A DNA stretch of 56,946 nt from Burkholderiales bacterium (GCA_043749975.1 JAYVCL010000126.1:1-56946), one strand, 5' to 3'. Shown: positions 29,041-39,151, counted from the stretch's first letter. Notes: generated from the sequence alone by a model not told the origin. A program made the numbers and translations.

Positions 29041-31806
29041 ATGAGAGATACCATGTTGAAGTCGCTAGAACTGAATACGCACATGTTGTCTTTTTCACTT
29101 GTTTGCGCATCTGCGCTGATGTCTGGTTGCGGTGGCGGCACGGCTCCGTCCGGGTTGGCAAGCAGCGTGGCCGTGTCTGCCACACCAGCCACAGCAGACA
29201 CCAGCAGCGTCGTGCTGACCTCCGCCGCCGAAGGCATCGGCTCTGTGCCGGTGCACACGCCTGCACTCGGCGATGACAGGCCCGCACAGGCGTTCGCCCT
29301 GGACGCCGATCAGCAAGCCGAATCAGTGCACAGCGAAACTGCTGCCGCAGCCTCGGTGTCGGTTGCTGCCCTGATTCCTGCGACACCTGAAGTCGCAGCA
29401 GCGCCTGACGCCACGCTCGGCACGGACGGCGCACCGACAGCTCGCGTTTTGAGCCTCTCCGCTCGCAGCAGAGTTCAAAGCCTCGCGGGTTCCGGACTGG
29501 CCGGCGTGAGCGCTGCGCACTGCGCCCCGAAGCTGGCAAGCGATTTCATCGACGTCACCTTCTGGCACCTGCGCAGGTTGCAGCCACGCGACTGCGATCT
29601 GGTCAAGATAAATCCGCCTGCGTTCACCTGGACTCAACCCACTGATCGCGATTTGGCCATCCCGTGGCAACTGGTGTTGCGCCAGGCCGGCGGCGGCGTG
29701 GTCGCCACGCAAGCCTCCACCGAACCCCGTCTGGCCCTGAGCGGCGGCGCGCTGGCCGTGGGAAATTATGAGTGGACGGTGGCCTACACCAGCATCGGCA
29801 AACTCATCAAGACCAGCGAAGTGCGCCGCTTCACGGTCGCGGCCGACGCAGCGCGACTGGCACTGCCCTCAGGTGCCGCCCTGGCCGCTGCGGTCAGTCG
29901 CAAGGCGCACCCTCGGGTGCTTCCTGCCGGCAGCAGTTTTGCGGCCATCGCCGCCGTGGCGAGCACGGGCGAATACAAAGGCGCCTACGCCATCACGACG
30001 CAGAAAGCCAACGCGGCGAAGACCCTGGCGCTGCCACCGCCGCCCGAAAGCCTCGCCTCGGTGCCCTCGCTCGACAAGCTGCTCGGGCAGGCCATGGAGG
30101 AACGCAAGAACATCGAGTCGCTCGGGTTCATGGCCCGCATGCGTGGCGACACGTCATACCAGGTGGCCGGCATCGTGCGCTTGATGAATCTGGCCGCGTG
30201 GTCGCCCACCGGTGCGTCGAGCGACGCGTCGCAAGACCAGATCAACCGGGAGATCTATCTGGCGCTGGCGCAAGGCTACGACCTGTTCGAGGCCGATCTG
30301 AGCGCGGATCAACGCCGCCTCGTCGCTGCGTCCTTGAAGGCCCGAATCGGCCAGGCGATGGCGAAATTCGTGAGCTTCGACCACTACCCGTACCAGTCGC
30401 ATCTGGTCAGCGCCACCAATTTCGTGACCGAAGCCTTGCTGCATGTCGCGGGCATGCCCGAGTTCCCGGAAAGCAGCGCCTGGCTGGCCAAGGCATGGGA
30501 CGCCTATGTGTTCGCTTTCAACTCGTGGGGTTACGAGGACGGCGGCTTCGGCAACGGAGTGGCCTACGCGTGGTTCAACATGCAGCAGGTGGGGCGCACC
30601 TTGGCAGCGATCAAGATCATCGGCGGCGTCAACCTCGAAAAGCACCCGTACATGGCGCGTTACGGCGATCTCGAGATCGCGATGACGGCACCCGCATCGA
30701 AGCTCATGAGTCCGTTCGGCGACAGCGTGGAAACCTTGACGCTCTACTCTGCCCTGGCACGCGGCGACTACCGCTTGTATGCCTCGGTGACGCGCGATCC
30801 GCAGCACGAGTGGTACTGGCGCGCGGCACCGGTCAACCTGAGCTATTCCAACTCCCTGAGCCCATGGCACTACATGATGCTGGGCTTGTCGCCAACGCCC
30901 GCCACACCGGTCGCGCCGGCTTGGGATTCGTGGGTCTCGGTCGACGCAGGATTGGCGGCGATGCACAGCAAGACGTCCGATCCGCTGCGTTCCAGCGTGT
31001 ACTTTCGCTCGAGCCGGTTCGGCAGCTACAACCACTCGCATGCCGACCAGAACAGCTTCACGCTCGACTCGCGCGGCCAGAACCTGCTCATCAGCGCCGG
31101 CTACTACCCGGACTACGGCTCGCCTCACCACACCACCGTGGGCCGGGCCACGCGCTACAAGAACGCGCTGACGTTCGACGGCGGCATCGGCCAGGCCGAG
31201 ACCATGATCGACGCCACGACGCAACCCACCACACCGGGCAAGCCGATTCAGTCGATGGACGCACGCGGGCAACTGATCAACTTCAGCGACAACAAGACCT
31301 GGGCCGCGGCCACCGGCGACGCCACGCTGGCCTACCGCGCGCAAGACACGCGGGAACGCCTGACGCCGCTGTTGACGAACTCGGTGCGCAGCATCGCCTA
31401 CCAGCGCGCTGAAAAAGTGGTGGTGATCTACGACTGGGCCACCAGCGACAAGCCTCGCAAATGGGAGCTGAACCTGCATGCCCTCAACGCGTTCACCACC
31501 CAGGGCACGGGTGTGCGGGCGCAAAACGCGGGCAGCTCGGGCTGCATCGACGTGTACGGGCTGAATGGCAGCTTTGCGCTCAGCGACGGCTTTGCGGTGG
31601 CACCCGAGGTGCCGCGGCCAAACGAGTTTCACGCACGCTACTCGGCCAATGTCGCCAGCCCGCAATTGGCTTCGATCACGGTGATCCGCGAGGATTGCCG
31701 CAGCGTCCCTGTCGTGGTCAGCGTCAACGGCACCGTGGCCACGGTGGCGATCAATGGGGCAACGCCCATCGCCTTCGACCAGCGCACCATCAGGCTGCCG
31801 AATTGA
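29041..31806 (+). CDS. secreted lipoprotein, DUF4962 / heparinase II/III-like polysaccharide lyase family
   Basis: A lipobox is present (..LVCASALMSGC-GGG..). An Ala/Ser/Thr-rich linker is followed by ..NPPAFTWTQP.. and ..YNHSHADQNSFTL... The start is ATG 29041 or 29053; the track starts at 28864. Confidence 0.7.
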   Translation: MRDTMLKSLELNTHMLSFSLVCASALMSGCGGGTAPSGLASSVAVSATPATADTSSVVLTSAAEGIGSVPVHTPALGDDRPAQAFALDADQQAESVHSETAAAASVSVAALIPATPEVAAAPDATLGTDGAPTARVLSLSARSRVQSLAGSGLAGVSAAHCAPKLASDFIDVTFWHLRRLQPRDCDLVKINPPAFTWTQPTDRDLAIPWQLVLRQAGGGVVATQASTEPRLALSGGALAVGNYEWTVAYTSIGKLIKTSEVRRFTVAADAARLALPSGAALAAAVSRKAHPRVLPAGSSFAAIAAVASTGEYKGAYAITTQKANAAKTLALPPPPESLASVPSLDKLLGQAMEERKNIESLGFMARMRGDTSYQVAGIVRLMNLAAWSPTGASSDASQDQINREIYLALAQGYDLFEADLSADQRRLVAASLKARIGQAMAKFVSFDHYPYQSHLVSATNFVTEALLHVAGMPEFPESSAWLAKAWDAYVFAFNSWGYEDGGFGNGVAYAWFNMQQVGRTLAAIKIIGGVNLEKHPYMARYGDLEIAMTAPASKLMSPFGDSVETLTLYSALARGDYRLYASVTRDPQHEWYWRAAPVNLSYSNSLSPWHYMMLGLSPTPATPVAPAWDSWVSVDAGLAAMHSKTSDPLRSSVYFRSSRFGSYNHSHADQNSFTLDSRGQNLLISAGYYPDYGSPHHTTVGRATRYKNALTFDGGIGQAETMIDATTQPTTPGKPIQSMDARGQLINFSDNKTWAAATGDATLAYRAQDTRERLTPLLTNSVRSIAYQRAEKVVVIYDWATSDKPRKWELNLHALNAFTTQGTGVRAQNAGSSGCIDVYGLNGSFALSDGFAVAPEVPRPNEFHARYSANVASPQLASITVIREDCRSVPVVVSVNGTVATVAINGATPIAFDQRTIRLPN

Positions 31807-32833
31807 CCGGCTCGTCGCTGGGTGCCGCGGCTTCGCACTGCTGCAGGAGCAGGTAGGTCGCAAAGGTCGTCACCTCGGTGGCAGCGCCCTGGGCCAAGAA
31901 CCGGTCCAGGCGCGACATCGAGTAAGGCGTCAACGCCTTCGGGTGGCCGATCACGACGAAGTCGGTCATGCCGCGGTTTCGATAGCGCTTCGCGGCCTGC
32001 GCCAGGAAGCCGGCCTTGTAGCCGTCCATCGAAACCACGCTGACGCTGGGCCTCAGAAGCTTGCGCAGCATGTCGCCGCGGCCCATGCCGATGGCACGCC
32101 CGTCGCCAAAGGCGCGGTGCTGCGCGCCGCCCAGCTTGCGCGCCACCGCAAAGCGCCAGAAAAACAGCGGGCTCACGGTGTGGCTGGCAATCGGCACCTC
32201 CAGGAACCAGCCATCGGCCACCGGGCGCAACGGATCGGTTTCGAAGTGCCAATGGCTTTGCGGCGGCGCCGCTCGAAAGTCGTAGGTGTGGGTCGGCCCG
32301 TCCGACACGCCGCCGGCGAACACGGTGCTGTCGATGCGCACGCCGACGCCACGCAAGGCGTCGTGCAGCTTGTCGAAGGGTTGAATCACCCAGCCGCCAG
32401 CCCTGAAGGCGAACGCGTGATCAGGCCCTGCCAACTCGCGCAGCACGGTGGTGTATCGCCGCACGATCGAGTCGATGGCAACGGGTTCGAAGTCGTGCAA
32501 TCGGTAGCGGCGGGTGTCGACCTGCCAGCCGTCGTCGGTCCACACCGAGTCTTCCCAATGCGAATGAATGTGCAACTGCACCTCGTGCCCGGCGCGGGCC
32601 AGCGACTCGACCTGGCGGCAGATGGCGTCGTGCTCTTGCCGCAGCCGGGCCGCCTTGTGCATCTCGGCGCGCAAGCGAAAAATGAACCCCGCATCGACAA
32701 AAAACACCATCCGCACGCCGTGCCGCAAGGCGAGTTCGCACAGCGCCTGCGTCGGCTCGAGCAGGGTGCGTGCGACCGAGCCGGTTGCACGGCCGAAGAA
32801 GACCTCGTAGTCGAACGTGAGCAGCGTGCGCAT
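31790..32833 (-). CDS. polysaccharide deacetylase family protein (CE4/NodB-like)
   Basis: The N-terminal ..LLTFDYEVFFG.. resembles the TFDD motif, and ..HIHSHW.. is an HxxxH metal motif. Confidence 0.6.
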   Translation of the reverse strand: MRTLLTFDYEVFFGRATGSVARTLLEPTQALCELALRHGVRMVFFVDAGFIFRLRAEMHKAARLRQEHDAICRQVESLARAGHEVQLHIHSHWEDSVWTDDGWQVDTRRYRLHDFEPVAIDSIVRRYTTVLRELAGPDHAFAFRAGGWVIQPFDKLHDALRGVGVRIDSTVFAGGVSDGPTHTYDFRAAPPQSHWHFETDPLRPVADGWFLEVPIASHTVSPLFFWRFAVARKLGGAQHRAFGDGRAIGMGRGDMLRKLLRPSVSVVSMDGYKAGFLAQAAKRYRNRGMTDFVVIGHPKALTPYSMSRLDRFLAQGAATEVTTFATYLLLQQCEAAAPSDEPVNSAA

Positions 32834-32893
32834 CAGGGCCGCACCGCTGGGGGATCGAACAGCGTGGTCGTCATGTCTCGTGCGGCCAAGGCC

Positions 32894-34339
32894 TCAACCC
32901 GCCGCGGGCGAATCGATCGCCGCACCGAGGTATTTCTGCAACGGCAGGTGCTGAATGAGGAGCCGTTGCTTGCCCCGCTGGGTGAGTTCGATCGAAGCCA
33001 CCTCTTCGATCTGCACGCTGCAGCCACCCTGGGTTTTCTCGATGACCGCGTGCTGCAGCGAAGCCTTCTCGGCGTCGGACAAAGGTCGCACCGGCACCAC
33101 GCGCAAGATCAGCCGGCCCGGTTCGCGCTGCTCGTACTGGATGCGCAGGCAGTGGTCGAGTTGTTCGAAGTGCGCCGCACCCAGCGTGGTGACGGTGATG
33201 AGGCGGGAATCACTGCACACCACAAATTCCTGCAAGCGGCCTTCGATGCGCTCGACCACCGGAAACCCGGGCAGGCTCGGGTGCGGGGCGCTGCCCAGCA
33301 CGCCGTAGTCGCCGGTGCGGTAGCGCACGAACGGCATCACGGCGTTGTCGAAACTGGTGCCCACCAACTCGCCCACCTGGCCCGGCGTGGAGATCGGCCA
33401 CCCTTGGGCGTCGATCAGTTCGAGATGGCCGTAGTGAGGCCAAAAGTGATAGCGCGGATCATCGGCCAGGGTGTGCGCAAAGAGCACCCGTTCCGAGTGA
33501 CCGTAGTGCACGATGACCGGGCAACTGAAAAACGACTTGAATGCCGCCAGGTGGTGCTCGAACACCGATTCGGAGGTCAACAACACACCACGCACCTGCG
33601 CCAACAGGTCCTCCATGCCGCGGGTCTTGAGCCAGAGCACCAGCGGGTACAGGGCCGACGCGAAGGCATGGACGTAGACCGGCTTCCACAGCTTCAAGGC
33701 TTCGACGTAGCGGGCCATGTGGCGGTCTTCGAGGTGGTCGCTGCTGACGATCAGATGGCGCTTGATCGGGTCGTAGCCCCAGATCTGTCCGTCGCTCGAC
33801 GCGGCCGAGTCGACGCTGCGACCTCGAAGCGCCAGCACGACGCCGTCGCCATCGGTGTCGTTGCGGGTCGACATCACATGCGTGGCCGCCCATTCGCGCG
33901 CACGGGTGACACCCTTGTGAAGGTAGAATCGCATCGGCACCGAAGTGGAGCCGCCGGTGAACATTCGCAACCTGGAGCTTGCCGGTAGGGCGGTCGAGCA
34001 AAACGACTCAAGGCCCAGCTTGATGGCTTCCTTGTCCATCAGCGGCAACTGCAACAGCGCTTTGTGCGGCTCGGCCGCAGCCATCTCGATCAGTTGCGCG
34101 TGGTCCTTGAAAGCCGGTGCATGCCGCAGCGCCGTCAGCAGCGTGTTTGCAAGGCGCGCCTGCACATACTCTTGTGGCACCGGCAGACGCTCGAAAACCT
34201 GGTGATAGCGGTCGTAGCTGCGACCGAAGCGGGCCGACGGCGGCATCCGCGAATAGACGCCGCCCACGATCGATTTGACCCATTGCGGGGCAGCCGCGTA
34301 TCGGCCCACGAAGCGGTGCAAGCTGTCGTCGATGCTCAT
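32894..34339 (-). CDS. CapK-like adenylate-forming enzyme (phenylacetate-CoA ligase / coenzyme F390 synthetase family)
   Basis: The block ..FTGGSTSVPMRFY.. is a P-loop-like AMP-binding motif. The 481-aa length and overall pattern resemble capsular CapK proteins. Confidence 0.65.
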   Translation of the reverse strand: MSIDDSLHRFVGRYAAAPQWVKSIVGGVYSRMPPSARFGRSYDRYHQVFERLPVPQEYVQARLANTLLTALRHAPAFKDHAQLIEMAAAEPHKALLQLPLMDKEAIKLGLESFCSTALPASSRLRMFTGGSTSVPMRFYLHKGVTRAREWAATHVMSTRNDTDGDGVVLALRGRSVDSAASSDGQIWGYDPIKRHLIVSSDHLEDRHMARYVEALKLWKPVYVHAFASALYPLVLWLKTRGMEDLLAQVRGVLLTSESVFEHHLAAFKSFFSCPVIVHYGHSERVLFAHTLADDPRYHFWPHYGHLELIDAQGWPISTPGQVGELVGTSFDNAVMPFVRYRTGDYGVLGSAPHPSLPGFPVVERIEGRLQEFVVCSDSRLITVTTLGAAHFEQLDHCLRIQYEQREPGRLILRVVPVRPLSDAEKASLQHAVIEKTQGGCSVQIEEVASIELTQRGKQRLLIQHLPLQKYLGAAIDSPAAG

Positions 34340-34481
34340 GCTCGGCTCAGTTCAAGACAGGCCACTAATCTACACTGCCGCTGTCACGCACTTGGCAAAA
34401 CGATGCCTGCGGGCGCGCTAAGCCAGGCACGACATCAGGCTGCGGCTGAGCCGGCGCAGCGGCCCTTTCAACACGCACCCC

Positions 34482-35594
34482 ATGCCCAAGCGAATTGTCA
34501 TGATCGGCACGGCCACCGACACGCGCGGAGGCATCGCCTCGGTCATCAAGGTGTACCGGATGCAGGGTCTTTTCGAGCGCTGGCCCGCCGTCTATTTGGC
34601 CACCCACCGCAACGGCAGCAAGCTGCAAAAACTGGCCACCGCCGCCTCGGCATGGCTGCGCTTTCTCGGGCTTCTGGCCACCGGACAGGCCTTGCTGCTT
34701 CACGTTCACACCGCTTCGGGGGCCAGCTTCTGGAGAAAGGCGCTGTTCGTGGTGCCGGCCCTGGCGGCGAGGGTTCCAGTGGTCTTGCATGTGCACGGAG
34801 GCGGGTTCAAAGAATTTTTTGAACGCCAAAGTCCGCTGCTCGGACAGCGCTTCATCCGCTGGGCCTTCTTGCGCAGCCAGGCCGTGGTCGCCTTGTCCGA
34901 TGAATGGATGCGTTCCCTGGACAGCATGGCACCCGGCAGCCGCATCGTCGTGGTGCCCAATCCGATCGAGATACCGCCCTGGCAGGCCAGCCTGACCGGC
35001 GCGCCGCCCACGGTCTTGTTTCTCGGCCTGTTGCTGCCGGCCAAGGGGGTGCAAGAGCTGATCTGCGCATGGCCTGCGGTGACCGCCGCCGTGCCCGACG
35101 CGCGGCTGGTGCTTGGCGGCGTGGGCGATCAACTGCCACGCTGGCAGGAACTGGCACGTTCGCTGGGAACTGAGCAGTCGATCCGCTTTGCCGGCTGGGT
35201 GCTGGACGACGCCAAGACCGAGTTGCTGAAGCAGGCCTGGGTGTTCGCACTGCCGTCATACCGCGAGGCGCTTCCGATGTCGATCCTCGAGAGCATGGCG
35301 GCCGGCATTCCGGTGGTGGCCACGCGCGTGGGCGGCGTGCCGCTGGCGGTGGCCGAAGGCCGCACCGGGCACCTGGTCGAACCGCAAGACGTGGCCGCGC
35401 TCGCCGCAGCGCTGGTCGATTTGTTGACCGATGAAGACAAGCGCCTGCGCTTTGGCCGGCAGGCCCGCCAGCGTGCGGTCAGCGAGTTTTCAGCCGACGT
35501 GATGGTGCCGAAGATCGACGCGCTGTGGCGCGCCATCCTGCCTCCCGCACCTGACGCGCCAGACGCGTCTGCCGCCGCTGCGCCCCGAGGCTGA
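34482..35594 (+). CDS. glycosyltransferase family 4
   Basis: The block ..PSYREALPMSILESMAAGIPVVATRVGGVPLAVAEGRTGHLV.. is an E-x7-E region. Confidence 0.85.
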   Translation: MPKRIVMIGTATDTRGGIASVIKVYRMQGLFERWPAVYLATHRNGSKLQKLATAASAWLRFLGLLATGQALLLHVHTASGASFWRKALFVVPALAARVPVVLHVHGGGFKEFFERQSPLLGQRFIRWAFLRSQAVVALSDEWMRSLDSMAPGSRIVVVPNPIEIPPWQASLTGAPPTVLFLGLLLPAKGVQELICAWPAVTAAVPDARLVLGGVGDQLPRWQELARSLGTEQSIRFAGWVLDDAKTELLKQAWVFALPSYREALPMSILESMAAGIPVVATRVGGVPLAVAEGRTGHLVEPQDVAALAAALVDLLTDEDKRLRFGRQARQRAVSEFSADVMVPKIDALWRAILPPAPDAPDASAAAAPRG

Positions 35595-35611
35595 GAGGCA
35601 GAGCGCCCGCA

Positions 35612-37651
35612 ATGGCTGCACCGGCATCGCTGGCCTGGTACTGGAACCGCCTGCGCCTGATGGGCATCGGCGAGCTGGCGTATCGCGTGCGGCGAACCGT
35701 CTGGGTGCGCCTGAACCAGCGCGGCATCGGCCTGGCCAGGCGAGTGCCCAAGCCCGACACCCGCCGTTTCGGCGCGCCGCTGTGCACCGAGCCACCGGCG
35801 TTGCAAGGGGCGGCCCACACCCTGGACGCTGCAGACCGCGTGCTGGCCGGCCGCTGGGACGTGTTTGCACTGCGCGACGTGGCGCTCGGCTTCCCGCCGC
35901 AGTGGAATCAAGACCCGCTGACCAAGACCCTCGCGCCGATGGGCTTCGGCAAGACCATCGACTACCGCGATGAGCGCGTGGTGGGCGACAGCAAATATCT
36001 CTGGGAGCCGGCGCGCCACCTGGAGCTGACCCTGCTGGCGCAGGCCCACCACCTGAGCGGCGACCGCAAGTACCTGCACGGCGTGGGCACGCTGCTGGGT
36101 TCGTGGATGGACGCCGCACCCTACCCGCTCGGCCCGCACTGGACCAGCTCGCTCGAATTGGCCCTGCGGCTGTTGAACTGGTCGATCACCTGGCACCTGA
36201 TCGGCGGGCACGACAGCGCTCTGTTCGACGGCACCGATGGGCAGGCGCTGCGCGCGCGCTGGCTCGACCACATCTACCGCCACGCGCATTTCATCCACGG
36301 CCACCGCTCATTCCATTCGTCTGCCAACAATCACCTGCTGGGCGAGACCATGGGCCTCTTCATTGCCGGCGTCACGTGGCCCTGCTGGCCCGAAAGCGCC
36401 GGGTGGCAGCGTAGCGGGTTCGATGGCTTCGTGGCGCAGAGCCTGCTCCAGAACAGCGCCGACGGCGTCAACCGCGAGCAAGCCATCTACTACCAACACG
36501 AGGTGATGGACATGATACTGATGTGCCTGCGCGTGGGGCAGGTCAACGCCGTCGTCTTTCCCGCCGCCTACCTCGACCGGCTGGAACGCCTGGCCGAATT
36601 CGTGGCGGCGCTGATGGACGTGGCAGGCCATGTGCCGATGATCGGCGACGCCGACGATGCGCAACTGGTTCGCATGAGCCACGAGCCCGATTGGAGCCCG
36701 TACCGCTCGTTGCTGGCGAGTTGCGCACTGCTGTTCGAGCGACCCGACTTCAAGCACAAGGCCGGGCGGCTCGACGACAAGACCCGCTGGCTGTTCGGCG
36801 CAAACGCGCTTGTGGCGTGGGACCGGATCGGCGCTGCCGACCTGGCGCAAGCACCGCGCATGGCGTTTCCCGAAGGTGGCTACTACTTGCTGGGCACGCG
36901 CCTGGGCCAGCCCGACGAAGTGCGCCTGGTGGCCGACGCCGGGCCATTGGGCTACCTGTCGATCGCGGCACACGGCCATGCCGATGCGCTGGCCTTCACC
37001 TTGTCGGCAGGCGGCGAAGAAATCCTGATCGACCCGGGCACCTACGCGTACCACACGCAACAGGCCTGGCGCGACCACTTCAAGGGCACGGCGGCGCACA
37101 ACACGGTGCGGGTCGACGGGCAGGACCAAAGTGAAAACGGCGGCAACTTCATGTGGCTGCGCAAGGCCCAGGCCACGCTTCTCAGGCACGACACCGGCTC
37201 GGCGGTGCAGGTTTTCGAAGCCGAGCACGACGGCTATCGCAGGCTGCGCGACCCGGTGACGCACCGGCGAAAACTGGAGCTGGACACGCGCACCCACCTG
37301 CTCACCGTGACCGACTGCATCGACTGCCGGCAATCCCACGAGGTCGAAATTTCATGGCATTTCGCTGAGCAGCTCGACGTGGTGCTCGAACACGCCGCCG
37401 TGCCGCACGAGCACGCCGTGGTGCTGGCGAAGGCGCGTGGCGTGAGCGTGCGCCTCAGTTGCGCGAGCCCGCAGTTTGAACCGACGCTGCTGCGCGGCGA
37501 TGCCGCGAACACAGACCCCTCGCGAGGCTGGGTGGCCAGGTCGTTCGACAGCAAACAGCCCGCGTTTGCGGCGGTCTGGCGTGGCACGGTGCTTGGCCCG
37601 ACCACCGTGGTGACCAAAATCGAGATTCGCTTTGACGATCCGCCCGCATAG
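35612..37651 (+). CDS. heparinase II/III-like protein without signal peptide
   Basis: An N-terminal alginate-lyase-like helical region is followed by a C-terminal ..LSIAAHGHADALAFTL.. heparinase II/III block. No signal peptide or TM segment is visible. Confidence 0.7.
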   Translation: MAAPASLAWYWNRLRLMGIGELAYRVRRTVWVRLNQRGIGLARRVPKPDTRRFGAPLCTEPPALQGAAHTLDAADRVLAGRWDVFALRDVALGFPPQWNQDPLTKTLAPMGFGKTIDYRDERVVGDSKYLWEPARHLELTLLAQAHHLSGDRKYLHGVGTLLGSWMDAAPYPLGPHWTSSLELALRLLNWSITWHLIGGHDSALFDGTDGQALRARWLDHIYRHAHFIHGHRSFHSSANNHLLGETMGLFIAGVTWPCWPESAGWQRSGFDGFVAQSLLQNSADGVNREQAIYYQHEVMDMILMCLRVGQVNAVVFPAAYLDRLERLAEFVAALMDVAGHVPMIGDADDAQLVRMSHEPDWSPYRSLLASCALLFERPDFKHKAGRLDDKTRWLFGANALVAWDRIGAADLAQAPRMAFPEGGYYLLGTRLGQPDEVRLVADAGPLGYLSIAAHGHADALAFTLSAGGEEILIDPGTYAYHTQQAWRDHFKGTAAHNTVRVDGQDQSENGGNFMWLRKAQATLLRHDTGSAVQVFEAEHDGYRRLRDPVTHRRKLELDTRTHLLTVTDCIDCRQSHEVEISWHFAEQLDVVLEHAAVPHEHAVVLAKARGVSVRLSCASPQFEPTLLRGDAANTDPSRGWVARSFDSKQPAFAAVWRGTVLGPTTVVTKIEIRFDDPPA

Positions 37652-37667
37652 CCAGTTGCGCAATCCA

Positions 37668-39104
37668 TCACGATGAGCCGGGCAGCACGATGTGTCCGGC
37701 GCGGCGCAACCACCAAAACACCGGCGCGTAGCACGCGGCCGTGACGATTGCGCCCACGGCGAGCATTCGCCACGCGGTGCCGGCACCGAAAGTATCCGCT
37801 GCCAGCCAGCCCAGCCCAGCGCAGGCCACGCTGAACGCCGCCAACAACAGCAGCGACGCCCAGGGCTGCAACTGGCGGGCAGGCACCCCGAGTGCCGCCG
37901 CGATGCGCCGCGCCGTCAACCAGCGCTCGACATAGATCGCCAACACGCCCCCGAGCACGCCTCCGGGCAAACCCATCACCTGGGCCGCCGCCCAACTGAG
38001 GGGCACCGAGGCGGCGAGCAACAGCACGTTGACCCGGGTCATGAACCCGCCCTGCTTGAGCAGCATGGTCAGGCTGCTGAGATCGATCGCCTGCAGCGCC
38101 CAGATTGCCAGCAGCATGCGCATCACGTTGGTGCCGTCGGCCATGCTGCGGGTGTAGACCAGTTCGATCATCGGCCCCGCAAAAAAGAGCGTGAACCCCA
38201 GCACCGGGTACAACACCGCCGCCACCGTGGTGCTGGTCTGGTTGCTCAGCAGCAGCAAGGCTGGGTGATTGCCCGCCGCCAGTTCACGGCTCATCGCCGG
38301 CAACAAGACGAACGAGACGGCCTTGCGCGACATCAGCACCACCGGGGCCAACGCTGCGGCAATCGAGAAGGCCGCGAACTGCGCCGGCGCGAAAAGCAGC
38401 GCCACGATCCACTGCTCGGCCTGCGAACGAGCGCCGAACAGGATGCCGGCCGCCCCGAACGGCAGCGCATGCGCAATCTGGGTGCGCAGCCGCGCGGCCG
38501 AATACGCCTGGCCGCCGGAGCCGTGGAACCGCGCCACATACACCTGCAGGATGACCACCTTCAATAGCGACATCAACGCCAGCGCGACGATGACATGGTG
38601 CACATCGCGAAACACCCAGGCCACCGTGACGACACACAACGCCCGGCTCACTGAAAACACCATCGTCGCCGCGACCTGCCAGCGGATGCGTTCGTCCACC
38701 GTGGGAAGCTGGTCGAGCAACAGCCCCCAGCTCCAGAACACCGCCAGCGCCACCAGCCAGGCGCCGTGCGACGCCGCTGCAGCCAAGCCGCTGGGCAACC
38801 ACGCATGCACCAGCCACAGCAGGGCCAGGCAGGCCAGCGAGGTCAGCACCAGGAAGGCCTCGGTTTGCCTGACATAGCCGCGACGCTCGGCGCGGTCGGC
38901 ATTCGGCATGAAGAAGAACAGGGTGCTGATCATTCCCAGCGGTGCGATCAGGCCGATGGTCGACACCAGCAACCACACCAATCGATAGATTCCGAAGTCG
39001 GCCGGTGTCAGCACACGCACCAGCACCACGGGCAACACGAACTGAAGCGCCAGCTCCAGCATGTGGGCCCCGCCGACCGACAGCATGCGGCGACCGGCGC
39101 TCAT
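37668..39104 (-). CDS. oligosaccharide flippase (Wzx/MOP superfamily)
   Basis: It is a 478-aa polytopic membrane protein whose N-terminus ..LALQFVLPVVLVRVLTPADFGIY.. is typical of polysaccharide biosynthesis flippases. Confidence 0.75.
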   Translation of the reverse strand: MSAGRRMLSVGGAHMLELALQFVLPVVLVRVLTPADFGIYRLVWLLVSTIGLIAPLGMISTLFFFMPNADRAERRGYVRQTEAFLVLTSLACLALLWLVHAWLPSGLAAAASHGAWLVALAVFWSWGLLLDQLPTVDERIRWQVAATMVFSVSRALCVVTVAWVFRDVHHVIVALALMSLLKVVILQVYVARFHGSGGQAYSAARLRTQIAHALPFGAAGILFGARSQAEQWIVALLFAPAQFAAFSIAAALAPVVLMSRKAVSFVLLPAMSRELAAGNHPALLLLSNQTSTTVAAVLYPVLGFTLFFAGPMIELVYTRSMADGTNVMRMLLAIWALQAIDLSSLTMLLKQGGFMTRVNVLLLAASVPLSWAAAQVMGLPGGVLGGVLAIYVERWLTARRIAAALGVPARQLQPWASLLLLAAFSVACAGLGWLAADTFGAGTAWRMLAVGAIVTAACYAPVFWWLRRAGHIVLPGSS

Positions 39105-39151
39105 CGTGGCACCTGCAACGTCGATCCGCCGAGGTGTCGCATCGTTTTCAC

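Noticed and set aside
34392-34407. TTGGCAAAACGATGCC as a sigma-54 promoter in the CapK-like/GT4 divergent region.
   Set aside because: With the required GG-N10 spacing the -12 position reads CC rather than GC. The GC dinucleotide is one base too close, and sigma-54 spacing is strict.
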